Positions 38,881 to 51,290 of a DNA stretch of 64,000 bases are shown in pieces; positions within the stretch are counted from its first letter, which is position 1; each line of letters begins with the position of its first letter. Source of the DNA: Octopus sinensis (taxonomy: Eukaryota); NCBI RefSeq assembly GCF_006345805.1, contig NC_043024.1, forward strand, positions 17,360,001 to 17,424,000, read 5' to 3'. The position numbers and the translations under genes are program-made. A model generated the notes under the pieces. That model saw only the letters and a list, made by a program, of their open reading frames with translations, made no database searches and was not told the DNA's origin.

Positions 38881-38924
<44 letters not shown>

Positions 38925-40559
38925 GCACATATATATAATAAATGAAAAATGCATATATGTATATATGTACACACACACACACACACAAAATATAAGTATA
39001 AATATATGTGTATATAACCATGTATTTGTGTGTGTGTGTGTTTCTGCATATGTATGCATGTATCTGTGTGTGTGCCTGTATATATATATATATATATGTG
39101 TGTGTTTGCGTGTGTACACATACACAGACATGAAGATGATCATCATAAGGTCTTTATGTGTATGTATGTTTGTGTGAGTCTGTGTGTGTGTGCGCACGTG
39201 TGTGTGTGTATACAATCTATTGTAAGACTGTTACCATAAATAAGAGTTTCCTAGAATCTTATTTGATAAACTCTCGTTAAAACTCATTGTCTTAAGTAGC
39301 TGACAATGACAATAAACGTGCTTATGGTAGAAAGTATTATCATGGGAAGAATATTCTCCCTTTCGCCTGCTATTTCTAACAGACTGAACAACCCCCTATG
39401 ACTGCACCTTCAAGGGTGGGGGCTATGATAATAGTCTTTTTTACTATAGGCACAAGGCCTGAAATTTTGGGGGAAGGGGCATTGACTCCTGTACTCAACT
39501 GGTACTTAATTTATTGACCCCCGAAAGGATGAAAGGCAAAGTCAACCTCAGGGACTATAATAATAATAATAATACTAATAATAATGATAATAATATTAAT
39601 TATTATTATTATTATTATTATTATTAATATTATTATTATCTTTGATTGCTACAGTTGTTGTCTTTTCATTGGCATAGTGTACCTCGGATTATGTTGTACC
39701 TTGGTGTGTCATTCCCTTTCGTTTAAGACAACTGAGGTTTAAGAGAGACTTGGCTGCTACTTCTAGCAAAACAGACACTGTGTTAAGGCTCCCTTGCTGG
39801 CTTGCATGTAAATGTTGTTTAGTGCACCACCCCTCTCTGAGGGGGACAGACCTAAGTTCATCATTGCTCTTCTGAGTGTCACAATTATGTATGATGTTGT
39901 TCTGGATGCCTGCACTCCGCTTTCAAATCCCATGAAGGTCAATGTTGCTTTACAGCCTTCCAGGGTCAGTAAGTAAAGTACCAGTCATATACTGAAACCT
40001 TTAATCGTTATCAGTTTCACACACGCTGTCTCTCTTTCTCACTCTCTCTCATTCACTCACTCTTTTCTTCTCTCTTCACTCCCTCTTTCCCTCATTCTCT
40101 CTCTCTCACTCAATGTTTTCCCTCTCTTTCTCTCTCTCCCTCTCTCTCTCTCACTTTTTTTCTATCACTACCTCTCACTCTCTATTTCTCACTCAGTGTT
40201 TTCCCTCTCTTTTTCTTTCTCTCTCTGCACATGTAGAGTCTGCCACATGGTCTCTCTGCATGTCTTCTACAACAGCCATGAAGTGATCTTTGCTTTGTCA
40301 GTGGAATTAGCAGAAAGAAAATATTGCCTGTGTGTGTTTGTGTGTGTGCCTATGCATGTGTGTGTATATGGGCTCACACACATGTGTAGAAGCAGTGAGA
40401 TCTATGTTAAAATGTCTTTATGATTTATGTTGAAACCAATAACACCCGTAAATAATAGCTTCTGATATATTGGATTAAAACTTCCAGGATGCAGGAAAAA
40501 AAGCAGGGATTAACCCAGCATGTTAGGAGCCATTATTTATGCTTCTATTTCTAAGATTA

Positions 40560-40607
<48 letters not shown>

Positions 40608-40670
40608 ATGTGTGTGTCTGTATATATATATATAATATATATATATATATATGTGTATGTGTGTGTCTGT

Positions 40671-40728
<58 letters not shown>

Positions 40729-41227
40729 TTATATATATATGATACATATATGTATATATCTACATATATATGTGTGTGTATGTATGTATATAAATAAAAC
40801 ATGCATATATTGTGTGTATGTTCTTGAATGTTGACATTTCCATGTCTTACATGTTTGTATGGAGCAATGAGGGAAATAAAAGATGATATCATGTTTGCAT
40901 TCCCTGCAAACAAAGCTCAATTAAGCATTCTTCCAAGCTTGTCAGCATAGAAATAAAAGAACAGTTGTAAAAAAAAGAAAAAAGAACAAACCCCATGAGC
41001 AAACACTCACACACACACACACACCCATACACACACCATCATCATCATCATCATCATCATCCTTTAACGTCCATTTGCATTGCCAGCATCACACACACAC
41101 ATATAAACACAAGTATGGTGGTGCAAACAGGAAAAAAAAGTTGGATTAGTGCCAACACATAAAACTCTTAGTCCTCGAGTCACTCTCTTCCTTCTACTAA
41201 ATATTAATATCTATATATATATATATA

Positions 41228-41560
41228 TATATATCTGAGAGACTCCCTTCAGTCATGACTGACTGTGGGATTGCACCTAGAAAGTTTCCCTTCCAGGCAC
41301 AAGTCCGGGCAAGGTTGTTTATGGAAGACCAGCAGTCACCCATGCATACCGGCCTCCTCTCTCCACACCACTGATGTTATTCAAGGGAAAGGCAAAGGGG
41401 CCGATACAGCTTTGCACCTGTGACATCACAACTCAATTCTACAGCTAAGTGAACTGTGTCTTGCTCAAGGACACAACACGCAGCCTGGTCACGGATTCGA
41501 ACTCACAACCTCACAATTATAAGCTCAATGCTCTAATCACTGAGCCATGAGCCTTCACAC
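41228..41560 (-). mobile_element. SINE family C
   Basis: ctccct.cagtcatgact...gggattgcacctagaaagtttccc...cactgagccatg. Confidence 0.85.
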
Positions 41561-41924
41561 ACACACATACATATATATATATATACACATATATTATATA
41601 TCCTATGCTGGTGCCTCATAATAAAAGCATTCAGTCCAGTCTGCTAGGTGGTTGGTGTTAGGAAAGTCTTCTAGCTAAATGGGGCAGGCCTTTGCCTTGC
41701 CAACTTCTGTCAAACCATCCAGCCCATGCCAGCATGGAAGGAGGACGTTTAACAATGATGAAGATGATGATGATGATATAGATAGATAGATAGATAGATA
41801 AAGATAGATAGATAGATAGATGGATAAATAGAAAGATAGATGGATGGATAGACAGACAGACAGGCACATATCATTGGGGTTGGTGACTTCTGTGATCATG
41901 TTGGGCAGCACTCCCATGGATTCC

Positions 41925-42665
41925 ATAGTGTGCGTGGATGTTAAGGTTTTGGCTCTAGGAATGTGGAGTAAACAAAACTGCTGATGTTCCATGATGCAAA
42001 TGATCTGATTATCTGCAGGAAACCAGCCAACCACCTATCAGTCTCGTGGCTAAATAAACCAGATTGATGACATCCTCACCAGACAACATGGCAGGTGCTT
42101 GCAAATACAAAGTATTTCCCAAGTGAAGAATGGACAAACCAACAAAGGTTATTTGTCAGTGACCTCAGAATTAGAACTAGAAGGACCTGGAAAAACAGCC
42201 TGGAAAAGGAGATTATAGAAGTGCAAAAACCCAGCAAACTGAGAGAAGTTTAGTGATAGTCAATTGGCAGCTTCAAATGAGTTGGAGGAGGGGTTGAAGA
42301 CATATAGCTTAGAGGACAATTGGAAGTTCCTGCAAGATAACCTGCTGAGTGCTACAGACCAGATCTGTGGCTGGTGCATAGTCCTGGCCAGGCCAAGGGT
42401 GACATAGGGGTGGAACAAGAAGGTAGACAGTGCTATAGAATTAGGGACAGGCTTGGAAAGACTGGGAAAAATGGTGGTTGCAGAGAATCATGTCAGGTAG
42501 CCAGAAGGGAAGCCAGGCAATGGGTTTACATAGCAAAAGGAAAAACAGAAAGTAAGAGATTTACCAAAGTTTTGTGGCATGAGGATCAGAAACATGAGGT
42601 GTTGCAGATTGCAAAGCTGTGTATCGGAGAGAATAGTGATATGGGTGAGAAATATGCATGAATGG
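41925..42665 (+). mobile_element. Decayed RTE LINE, endonuclease C-terminus and linker
   Basis: RKPANHL...QIDDILTR (APE end motif) and W.WNKKVDSAI-like linker; multiple frameshifts. Confidence 0.75.
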
Positions 42666-43259
42666 AAAGCGGTATGCTTGCATTTCATGATGCAGAAAAG
42701 AAAGTTAATGATGATGGTGCAGATAGTGGTGGTGGCTGCAGTGGCAGCAGTGGTGATGATGATGATGATGATGATGATGTACTTGTGCCACGTAAAAATC
42801 ACTAGGTTCACTCTGCAGAGTGGTTGCTGTTAGGTAGGACATCCAGCTATAAAAATCCTATCAAAACACAGAAGGCTGGTGCAGACTTCAGCCTGGCTGG
42901 TTCTTGTGGTATTATCCCACCCATGCTAGCATGGAAGACATTGTTGTTAGTATAGGCTCAAAATTGGTTGTATCAGACTCATTTGGATACAGACCTAGCC
43001 AGAAAGTCATTCAAACAAAGAAAACTCCTATAAGGGCCGAGCTAAACCCTCAGTACATTAACCAAAACGTCTATCTATTTCCCATTTGTAAAAGCTAAAC
43101 ACTTATGAATTTACAGACAACTAACTGGCCAGTTCCACACTTTAAAAAATCAATAAGAAACTATGAATTAAGAAAATTATTTATTTTTAGATTAAAAGTA
43201 GAAATTTTTTTCTCAAGAAATTCTGCAATCAAGAGACCTTGTACTTCACTAATTTACCA

Positions 43260-43424
43260 ATATTTTTTTTTTGTTATTGTTTTATTTTATTTCATTTTTA
43301 TTTTATTTAATTCATATTTTTCTTCTATTTTCAGGTAAGAATTTACAATATTTCACTTGAGCAAAACCAAAATTTTTTAATCTTAACATAATATTATTTG
43401 GTATACATTATTAATCAGGTAAGT
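43260..43424 (+). promoter_or_regulatory. Candidate recursive splice site (AG|GT) with downstream 5' splice site defining an 84-nt stop-containing RS-exon
   Basis: ~95-nt AG-free U-rich tract, TTAAT branch-like motif ~25 nt upstream, TTTTCAG|GTAAGA at 43334/43335, CAG|GTAAGT at 43418/43419. Confidence 0.55.
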
Positions 43425-43449
43425 TTTATCTATTTATTTATTCATTTAT

Positions 43450-44190
43450 TTATCTATTATTGTCATTCCACTTCTCAGACTTCTTGATTTCACTTGCTAC
43501 GTCTAATTCTATAAGAGCAGACAACCTGTTGCCAAGGGCTTTACAAGGTTGTCTTCTGCCATGACACTTTACATCCAAGTATTAATCTCAAAATTATCAC
43601 TGTCCCTAATAAAGCAATTTTCTGAGCATATTCTACCCTCATGTTAATCGCAATTTCTTCCAGTATCCCTACAAATACAGATATAACAGTTACTTTTCTC
43701 ATTGCCCTTACTCATGCAATTTCATCTTTTAGTGGTTTCTACCCCTTAACCTTTTCCAATTCTTTACCATCCACTCATATATCCCCAGACATATGACAGT
43801 ACCTATGACCTTGCTTTTCTTCATTATTTTATCAACTACAATAACAATGTCAGGTCTCTGAGCATCAATCACTGAATCACCCTGGATTGTAAAACCCTAC
43901 AAGATCTAAGACTCATTATTCTCAGTGACACATTCTGGTTTATACTTGTACCATTTCAATATCTTTTCAAGATCATATTCCTCACGTAATCTCCAATGAA
44001 CATAGCCACATTATCCTGCCTCCTTTTGTATTCTCTTTGAATCAGTTTGTTACATTCAATCACAATATGTGGGTCTGTTTCATTTTTTATGCCACACATT
44101 CTACAAAAGAGCAATTCACTTTTCTTATTTACCATCCCAGATTGTTTTCTGCATTGTCAATACAGATTTTGCATCGTATAAGACCTCCAT
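43450..44190 (-). mobile_element. 5'-truncated R4/Dong-type non-LTR element
   Basis: CRMCGIKNETDPHIVIECNKLIQREYKRRQDNVA / VHWRLREEY...AQRPDIVIVVDK; bounded by an (GTA/TAA)n tract. Confidence 0.85.
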
Positions 44191-44257
<67 letters not shown>

Positions 44258-44284
44258 TCTACTACTACTACTACTACTACTATT

Positions 44285-45650
44285 ATTATTTTCATATATA
44301 CACAACAGATTAGACTGTTGAAAAAGAAAAAATCTAACATCAGGCTACAACAAGTAACCTTAGATGTCAAGAACCCTCCTGAGTATCCTTATTATTGTTA
44401 TTATTTCCTTTGCACAGCTTCTAATGCTGGAGATGTACTATAGTGTCAGCTGTTCACTACCAGTGAACTAAGGTGACACCTCTTATTTTTCAAGCACCTT
44501 CCAGAGTATTCGAGTGACTCCAAGCTGTGCTCTTTTCTGCAAGTGCTCCATATTTATTGCAGCCCCTGTTTGTTCCATGTACTTCTCAAGATTTTTGCTC
44601 ACTGTTCCCAGGGCTCCAACAATTATTGGTACAACTGCTACCTTTTTCATTGACCACAACTGCTTAACTTCCCAAGCTAACCTGTCATGTCTCTGACTTT
44701 TCTTTCTTCCTTATCACTTACCTTGTTCTCAGCTGGGCATGCTATATCTATGATCCAGCGTAGTTTGCTTTCTTTCTCAATTAAGACTGTCCGGCTTCCT
44801 ATTCTCTATCTCATGGTCTCACTGAATCATAAAATCCCATAGGATCTTTGCATTTCTATTTTCGACAATGCCTTCAAATTATTATTTTTATTATTATTAT
44901 TGTTATTATTATTATTATTATTATTTTCACATATACACAACAGATTAGACTGACGAAAAAGAAAAAATCTAACATCAGGCTACAACAAGTAACCTTAGAT
45001 GTCAAGAACCCTCCTGAGTATCCTTATTATTGTTATTATTTCCTTTGCACAGCTTCTAATGCTGGAGATGTACTATAGTGTCAGCTGTTCACTACCAGTG
45101 AACTAAGGTGACACCTCTTATTTTTCAAGCACCTTCCAGAGTATTCGAGTGACTCCAAGCTGTGCTCTTTTCTGCAAGTGCTCCATATTTATTGCAGCCC
45201 CTGTTTGTTCCATGTACTTCTCAAGATTTTTGCTCACTGTTCCCAGGGCTCCAACAATTATTGGTACAACTGCTACCTTTTTCATTGACCACAACTGCTT
45301 AACTTCCCAAGCTAACCTGTCATGTCTCTGACTTTTCTTTCTTCCTTATCACTTACCTTGTTCTCAGCTGGGCATGCTATATCTATGATCCAGCGTAGTT
45401 TGCTTTCTTTCTCAATTAAGACTGTCCGGCTTCCTATTCTCTATCTCATGGTCTCACTGAATCATAAAATCCCATAGGATCTTTGCATTTCTATTTTCGA
45501 CAATGCCTTCAAATTATTATTTTTATTATTATTATTGTTATTATTATTATTATTATTATTTTCACATATACACAACAGATTAGACTGACGAAAAAGAAAA
45601 AATCTAACATCAGGCTACAACAAGTAACCTTAGATGTCAAGAACCCTGTC
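44285..45650 (-). repeat. 635-bp tandem duplication (2 copies + partial third) of R4/Dong 3' fragments
   Basis: Identical ORF pairs offset by exactly 635 (44514/45149; 44848/45483). Minus translation KILWDFMIQ*DHEIENRKPD...VVPIIVGALGTVSKNLEKY. Confidence 0.9.
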
Positions 45651-45690
45651 AAGTCTGCTTATTACTACTACTACTACTACTACTACTATT

Positions 45691-46163
45691 ATTGAGTGAG
45701 AGAGCAGTGAATGCCATCAAAGTGACACTGGGGTAAAATATACGAAGTCCATTATACCCATCATGACTACCTGCTTGATAAAGATACACCAGGCACATGC
45801 ATCACAGCCTTATGTGCACAACATGCTGGTCTCATTCCAAGATAAATAGCACATGACCTTCCAGGTGGGGCCCAGTTAGAATTTTCTTCAGGTCAACTAA
45901 CCCTTCTCACTCAAAAGGTCTCTTCATATATTTCCTAAATAAGGGTTATTTAAGGATGTTGAACGAAACACTCATATTTCCAAAGGTAAATTATCCAAAC
46001 CCCAAAGAATTCCTCTCAGCACATGGCTATGATAATACTCCCCTACTACTTCAGCTCATAATTAGAGATGCATATATCGCCAGCCACTAAGGAACATGCT
46101 CAACTGGCTATGGTCAAACAACTGACAATGTACATGATAACACTTCCAATCAATTAAGATCGT
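45691..46163. mobile_element. Second copy of the 281-800 repeat
   Basis: Co-linear similarity; see the 281-800 entry. Confidence 0.7.
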
Positions 46164-46167
46164 TGTT

Positions 46168-46212
<45 letters not shown>

Positions 46213-46214
46213 TG

Positions 46215-46392
46215 TTATTATTCTTCCAGCTTTACATTCTGAGTTCAAGTATCACTGAACTTTAATCCTTTGCCTTTAATCCTTTCAGGGTTGATAAAAG
46301 AAGTACCAGATGTGCACTGAGATCAATGTAATTGACCTACCCTCTCCCCAGACTTGCTGGCCTTCTGCCAAAATTTGAGACCATTATCATTA

Positions 46393-46486
<94 letters not shown>

Positions 46487-46664
46487 GTTATTATTCTTCC
46501 AGCTTTACATTCTGAGTTCAAGTATCACTGAACTTTAATCCTTTGCCTTTAATCCTTTCAGGGTTGATAAAAGAAGTACCAGATGTGCACTGAGATCAAT
46601 GTAATTGACCTACCCTCTCCCCAGACTTGCTGGCCTTCTGCCAAAATTTGAGACCATTATCATT

Positions 46665-46738
<74 letters not shown>

Positions 46739-46740
46739 TC
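46215..46740 (+). repeat. 273-bp tandem duplication of a SINE A fragment plus (AAT)n(ATT)n palindrome
   Basis: ORFs 46332 and 46605 are offset by 273 with identical sequence up to the microsatellite. Confidence 0.9.
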
Positions 46741-47561
46741 CAACAAATACTGTTTATATTTTAATCCCACCTCCATCAATATATAATTAAATCTTATTAA
46801 TGTACCCTTTGGCCCTTTGTCCTCCTAGGCTTCTGTGTTGCTGCCCCCTAACCCTTACATTAATATAGCTCTGCTTATGACATTCTGGCTTAATTTCATT
46901 GATAATGCCAAACTTTGTTCGCTATCTTCAACTTTTATGTCAAACTTATTGATCACATATTGATGATGTATTACTTCAATTGATTGATTTTTGTATAGGC
47001 CAGGTCTCTCTTGATTGATCAAATATATGATGCAGCGGTTTTATTAGTGCTGTCATGACATGATCATAACCATTTAGTTGAGAGACAAGTAAAAGAACAA
47101 TAATTAAAAAAATAAAGTCATTAAAAAATAATATTAGTTATTTGACTTGAACTGAAAAGGAAGGAGCAAGGTCATAACTGTTTCTAGAGACTCTGACCCT
47201 TATGAAAGAGGTTACAACCATAACTATGTCCAAAGACTCAGCCTTTGAAGGAGAAGGAGAAAGGAGGAACTTATCCTTACACTTGAGACTGACCTGGCCC
47301 TAAATGTTTACAATCAAGTGGGCTCCACTAAGTGCATACCCAGGGGCCAAATAATAGGTTAGATCTGACATTTGATTAAGTTTACAGCAATAGTCCTTAA
47401 AGTTTGTTGCTCACTTCTACCTTTTTTTCTGAATGGCATTTTACAAAAACCAAAAAGACAGCCAATGATTTAACAAGTGTCCCTTTGCATATGCAATATT
47501 AAATATGTTAAATTGTATATGGAAAATATGGAAGAAAATATGGAAGAAAGTAATGGAATTA

Positions 47562-48915
47562 TATTGGACCTTGCTATATCATTGGTCATGTTTTTATTCA
47601 CTGGTAATATAATGTCCTCCTACACATAGATATTTCTGTAGACTAGTGCCCTCTATGATTAAATTACTAAAGAAGCTGAGGACTTCTATAATAAAATTAT
47701 ATTGGACCTTGCTACATCATCCGTCATCATTTTCTATTCACTTTTAACACAATGTCATCCAACTCATAGACATTTGTGTTGACTATTGCTTTCTATGTTT
47801 AAATTGCTTTAGAAGCTGAGGACTTTTATGATGAAATTATAAGTGGATACCCAAAAGAAACCGGAATTTTACAATATTATTTTATCCACTTAGTTTTACA
47901 TGTTTACACTTTTATTTCCTTCAAAGTATTCTTCATTTGAAGCAATGCATCACTCCAGACACATTTTCTACTGTTCAAAGCAATGCTGGAACACTTGCAA
48001 ACTGATGCCTTTTAATGCCTCCGTCGTGTTTTTTTTCTTCACCACTTCTACATTTGCAAATTCCATAGCTTCAGCTTTCATCACAAGTGTTGATCTACAA
48101 GTGTTGACCTTCAAAAAGGTCCAGATCAACTTCCAACTGTTCTTTCCATTAACTACATGCATTCAGTCGTGACTGCTTTTCATCTTCCATGAGCAAGGCA
48201 CAAATTTTGCTGCAACTCTTTTCGTTTGCAATTCCTCACTCAAAATTCTTTGGTAGAAGGTCCAGGACACACCAATCATAGCAACACGTCCATCAATTCT
48301 TCAGCGAGATCAATTCATGAATTTTTATGATGTTTTTATTCGTTCAGGAGGTTGATGGATGTCCTGAATGAGGTTGGTCATCAAGTGATAAGTGATCATT
48401 CCTAAAGTCTGAAAACCACCCGTAAACATGTGTTTTGCCCATGGCAATATCCTTGTAAGCTGTTTGAAGCGTGACACCCATTTTGGTCACTGTTTCCCTC
48501 AGCAGAAAACAGAATTTCATGGAAGCTTGTTGTTCCCTTTGTTTCAGTCATGGCAAAAATTGATAAGCAGGAGAGAATCACATCAAAATAATGATGCACC
48601 ACGGGGCAGTATGACCCCACTGGACAATGCTGGTCAGCAGACTGATGCTTGAACTACAATGGGCTTGTCTCTCAGAGAACGTTTCCGCATACTTTTAGGG
48701 ACCCCCCCCCATTATATTGGACCTTGTTACATCATCTGTTATATTTTTAATTCACTGATAACACAATGTCCTCCTAGACATAGATAATTTCTGTAGACTA
48801 GTTACCCTCTATATCTAAATTACTAAAGAAGCTGAGGACTTCTAGAACGAAACTATATTGGACCTTGTTACCTCATCAGTCACTTTTTTCTGTTCACTGA
48901 TAACACAATGTCTGA
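47562..48915. repeat. ~137-bp tandem array (about 3.5 units) split by a mariner insertion; related solo copy at ~34060-34230
   Basis: Units tattggaccttg.tac.tcat...gactagt.ccctctat..taaattactaaagaagctgaggacttcta at 47562, 47698, 48714 and 48855. Confidence 0.85.
47842..48711 (-). mobile_element. Internally deleted mariner transposon
   Basis: Minus frames: ASMKFCFLL...AYKDIAMGKTHVYGWF (HTH) and EVVKKKNTTEALKGISLQVFQHCFEQ (C-terminal). Degenerate TIRs with TA flanks. Confidence 0.85.
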
Positions 48916-49445
48916 TTCATATTTTATTCCTTACAAAAACCTGTTTTAAGCATGAAAATGTGTTTAAAATACATTTTAACTGATTTGTGCATTATGAAAA
49001 TATCCCACCTTGCCACTTAAACATGCAGCTGCCCCTACCCACCGACCCAACAAAATGATAAACAAGAATTCTTCAAAAGACAAAGCTAATTTTAAAAGAA
49101 ATAAAATCAAAAATTTATGAAAATTTTCATTTATATTTTTAATTGTCATTAAAATTGGATAATTAAATTTCAAGTTAATTCTTCTATTCCACATTTTTTA
49201 ATTAACATATTTAAATTGTATTGCTACAAATTTTTCAACCAAGTTTTGTGTCTCCTCACACATGATCCACATTTTTCTTAATCCATGGAATATCTTCATT
49301 ATTATCAGGGTGGCATTACTTTATCTTTGATGTTGATGTTGTTCTTATATATGTATATCTATTATCTATCTATCTGTCTGCTTACATACCTACCTACCTA
49401 CATACATACATACATATCTTATATATATATATATATTTATATATA

Positions 49446-49494
49446 TATAATTAGGGCTTAGTAAAATAAATTACTTTGCCACATACTGAACTAT

Positions 49495-49526
<32 letters not shown>

Positions 49527-49792
49527 TTATTATTATTAAGAAATGTTGAGCTGACGAAGGAAATGCTGAGTTTTATTTCGGCTAATCTAGAAATGTTGAC
49601 GTTCTCAAATGATCTTTGTACTTGTGATATTTTACTGTTTTTACCTCCATATCTTCATGAGTTATTTATGAGTAAACATTTTCTGAGAGAAGTTTTCTTA
49701 AAGTAGTGGAAATGGCTAAAAACTTTTTGGCTGCTATTTCTAGAAAGTTCAGTATGTGGCAAAGTAATTTATTTTACTAAGCCCTAATTATA
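49446..49792. mobile_element. MITE with perfect 47-bp terminal inverted repeats, TA-flanked
   Basis: tataattagggcttagtaaaataaattactttgccacatactgaact (49446-49492) is the exact reverse complement of 49746-49792. Confidence 0.9.
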
Positions 49793-49909
49793 TAATGTAA
49801 TATTTTGAATTCGCCTTAAATGGTCCTTTTACATACTGAACACTACTTGGTGAAATTGATTAATAACTAATTAATTTTACCCTCAATTGTTGATATTTAT
49901 ATATATATA

Positions 49910-51290
49910 TATATATATATAAAAGAGAGTATGTGTGTGCGTATGTTCCTTATGCATTCCAAAACCGAGTTGCCGATTTTGATGCATGGCATATCAAAAG
50001 ATTCAGTAGGCTTTTGGCTACCAAATAAGCTATATTTTCAGTCACATATTTGCATCACAAAAATTTAACATTGTCATTTTCCTTTTAGTCACCAATTGTA
50101 AACATTTTATATCACCACCACAATGACAATGACGTCACATTTTCTATGTGAGTGTGTTCATGCGTCTGTTACCTACGTTAGCCTGATGACTGACAAGTAT
50201 ATGTGTGTGACGGTGTATGTGCCTGTCAGTATACGTAAATTTTTGTAACGACCGACACACACACAGGGACAGAAATAGGCTTCAGGTGTGACTTAATGTA
50301 TGTGTGTGTGTGCATGTGTCTTAGTTTATGTATGTAACTTTCTCCCACCCAATAGTGAAACAAGTCAACATTGAAAGTTTAGTTGTGGCCTAGGCTTTAA
50401 ACGAATAACAGCATTCACTTTGAAATACTACCAACATGAAGATTAAACACCACTCACAATACTTGCAAATATATCTGGAAAAGAAATATTATTCTGGTTT
50501 TTATAACAAATTCGGAAACTTGGCAAAGTAGAAAGCCTTAACGGCTCTTTCAATATAATTACAGAAATGTTATTCCACTGCTTCTAACCAGTTTCAAGAT
50601 AATGTTTTTTTAACAGTCCTTGTATTCTTCATCATTGTATCAACATCGCACAACCTTTTTACTGCGTTAGCCACTATTTATTCTACAGCCTATAACATTA
50701 CACAGTTAAAAATATATAGTAATGTCAAATTAATTTATATCTTGCTACATACATCCTTCAGCAAATATTTTAAATTAACGTTACGATGACATCTTCCTTT
50801 CTATACACTTGGTTTAGCGTTCATTTCAAAATTGTAAAGTAAATTATTTTTGTATGAAAAATTGAATTTATGCCTCCTGAATTTTCTTGGACTTTCACTT
50901 TCTTCACCATGATATTCAATCATGAATTTTATAACATTTAGTACAAGTTCCAAATAAACGTTGACTTTCTGTACTTTATTACGTTGGTGACGCATAGTAA
51001 CTTTTGCTAAATTGGAGACTTACCGTCTTTTCATAGCATATCTCTGCCACAGAAAGTATGTTTTGCACTTATATTGACTACATTTAGTAACTTTTGCTAA
51101 ATTGGTGACTTTCCCATTTTTGTAGCATAACTATGCTACAGAAAGTATGTTTTGCACCTATACTGACTACATTTCATTTCGCTTAAACTTCGTATGTGTA
51201 CATTTTGCTGTTTTCAATATTATCAATTCTATGAGTGTGTTTATGCGTTCCTTACATCTATAGTAAACTATAGTAAAGAATATTTTATGC
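49910..51290 (+). mobile_element. Probable non-autonomous Helitron/DINE-like element with internal 89-bp tandem duplication (50995-51173)
   Basis: Starts (TA)n-TATAAAA followed by gtatgtgtgtgcgtatgttcc...ccgattttgatg. No clear CTAG end found. Confidence 0.45.

Noticed and set aside
40226-40330. Exon-like segment after a long CT tract (and RQYFLSANSTDKAKITSWL on the minus strand, superficially PH-like)
   Set aside because: No donor on +, an in-frame stop on -, and the similarity is too short to support.
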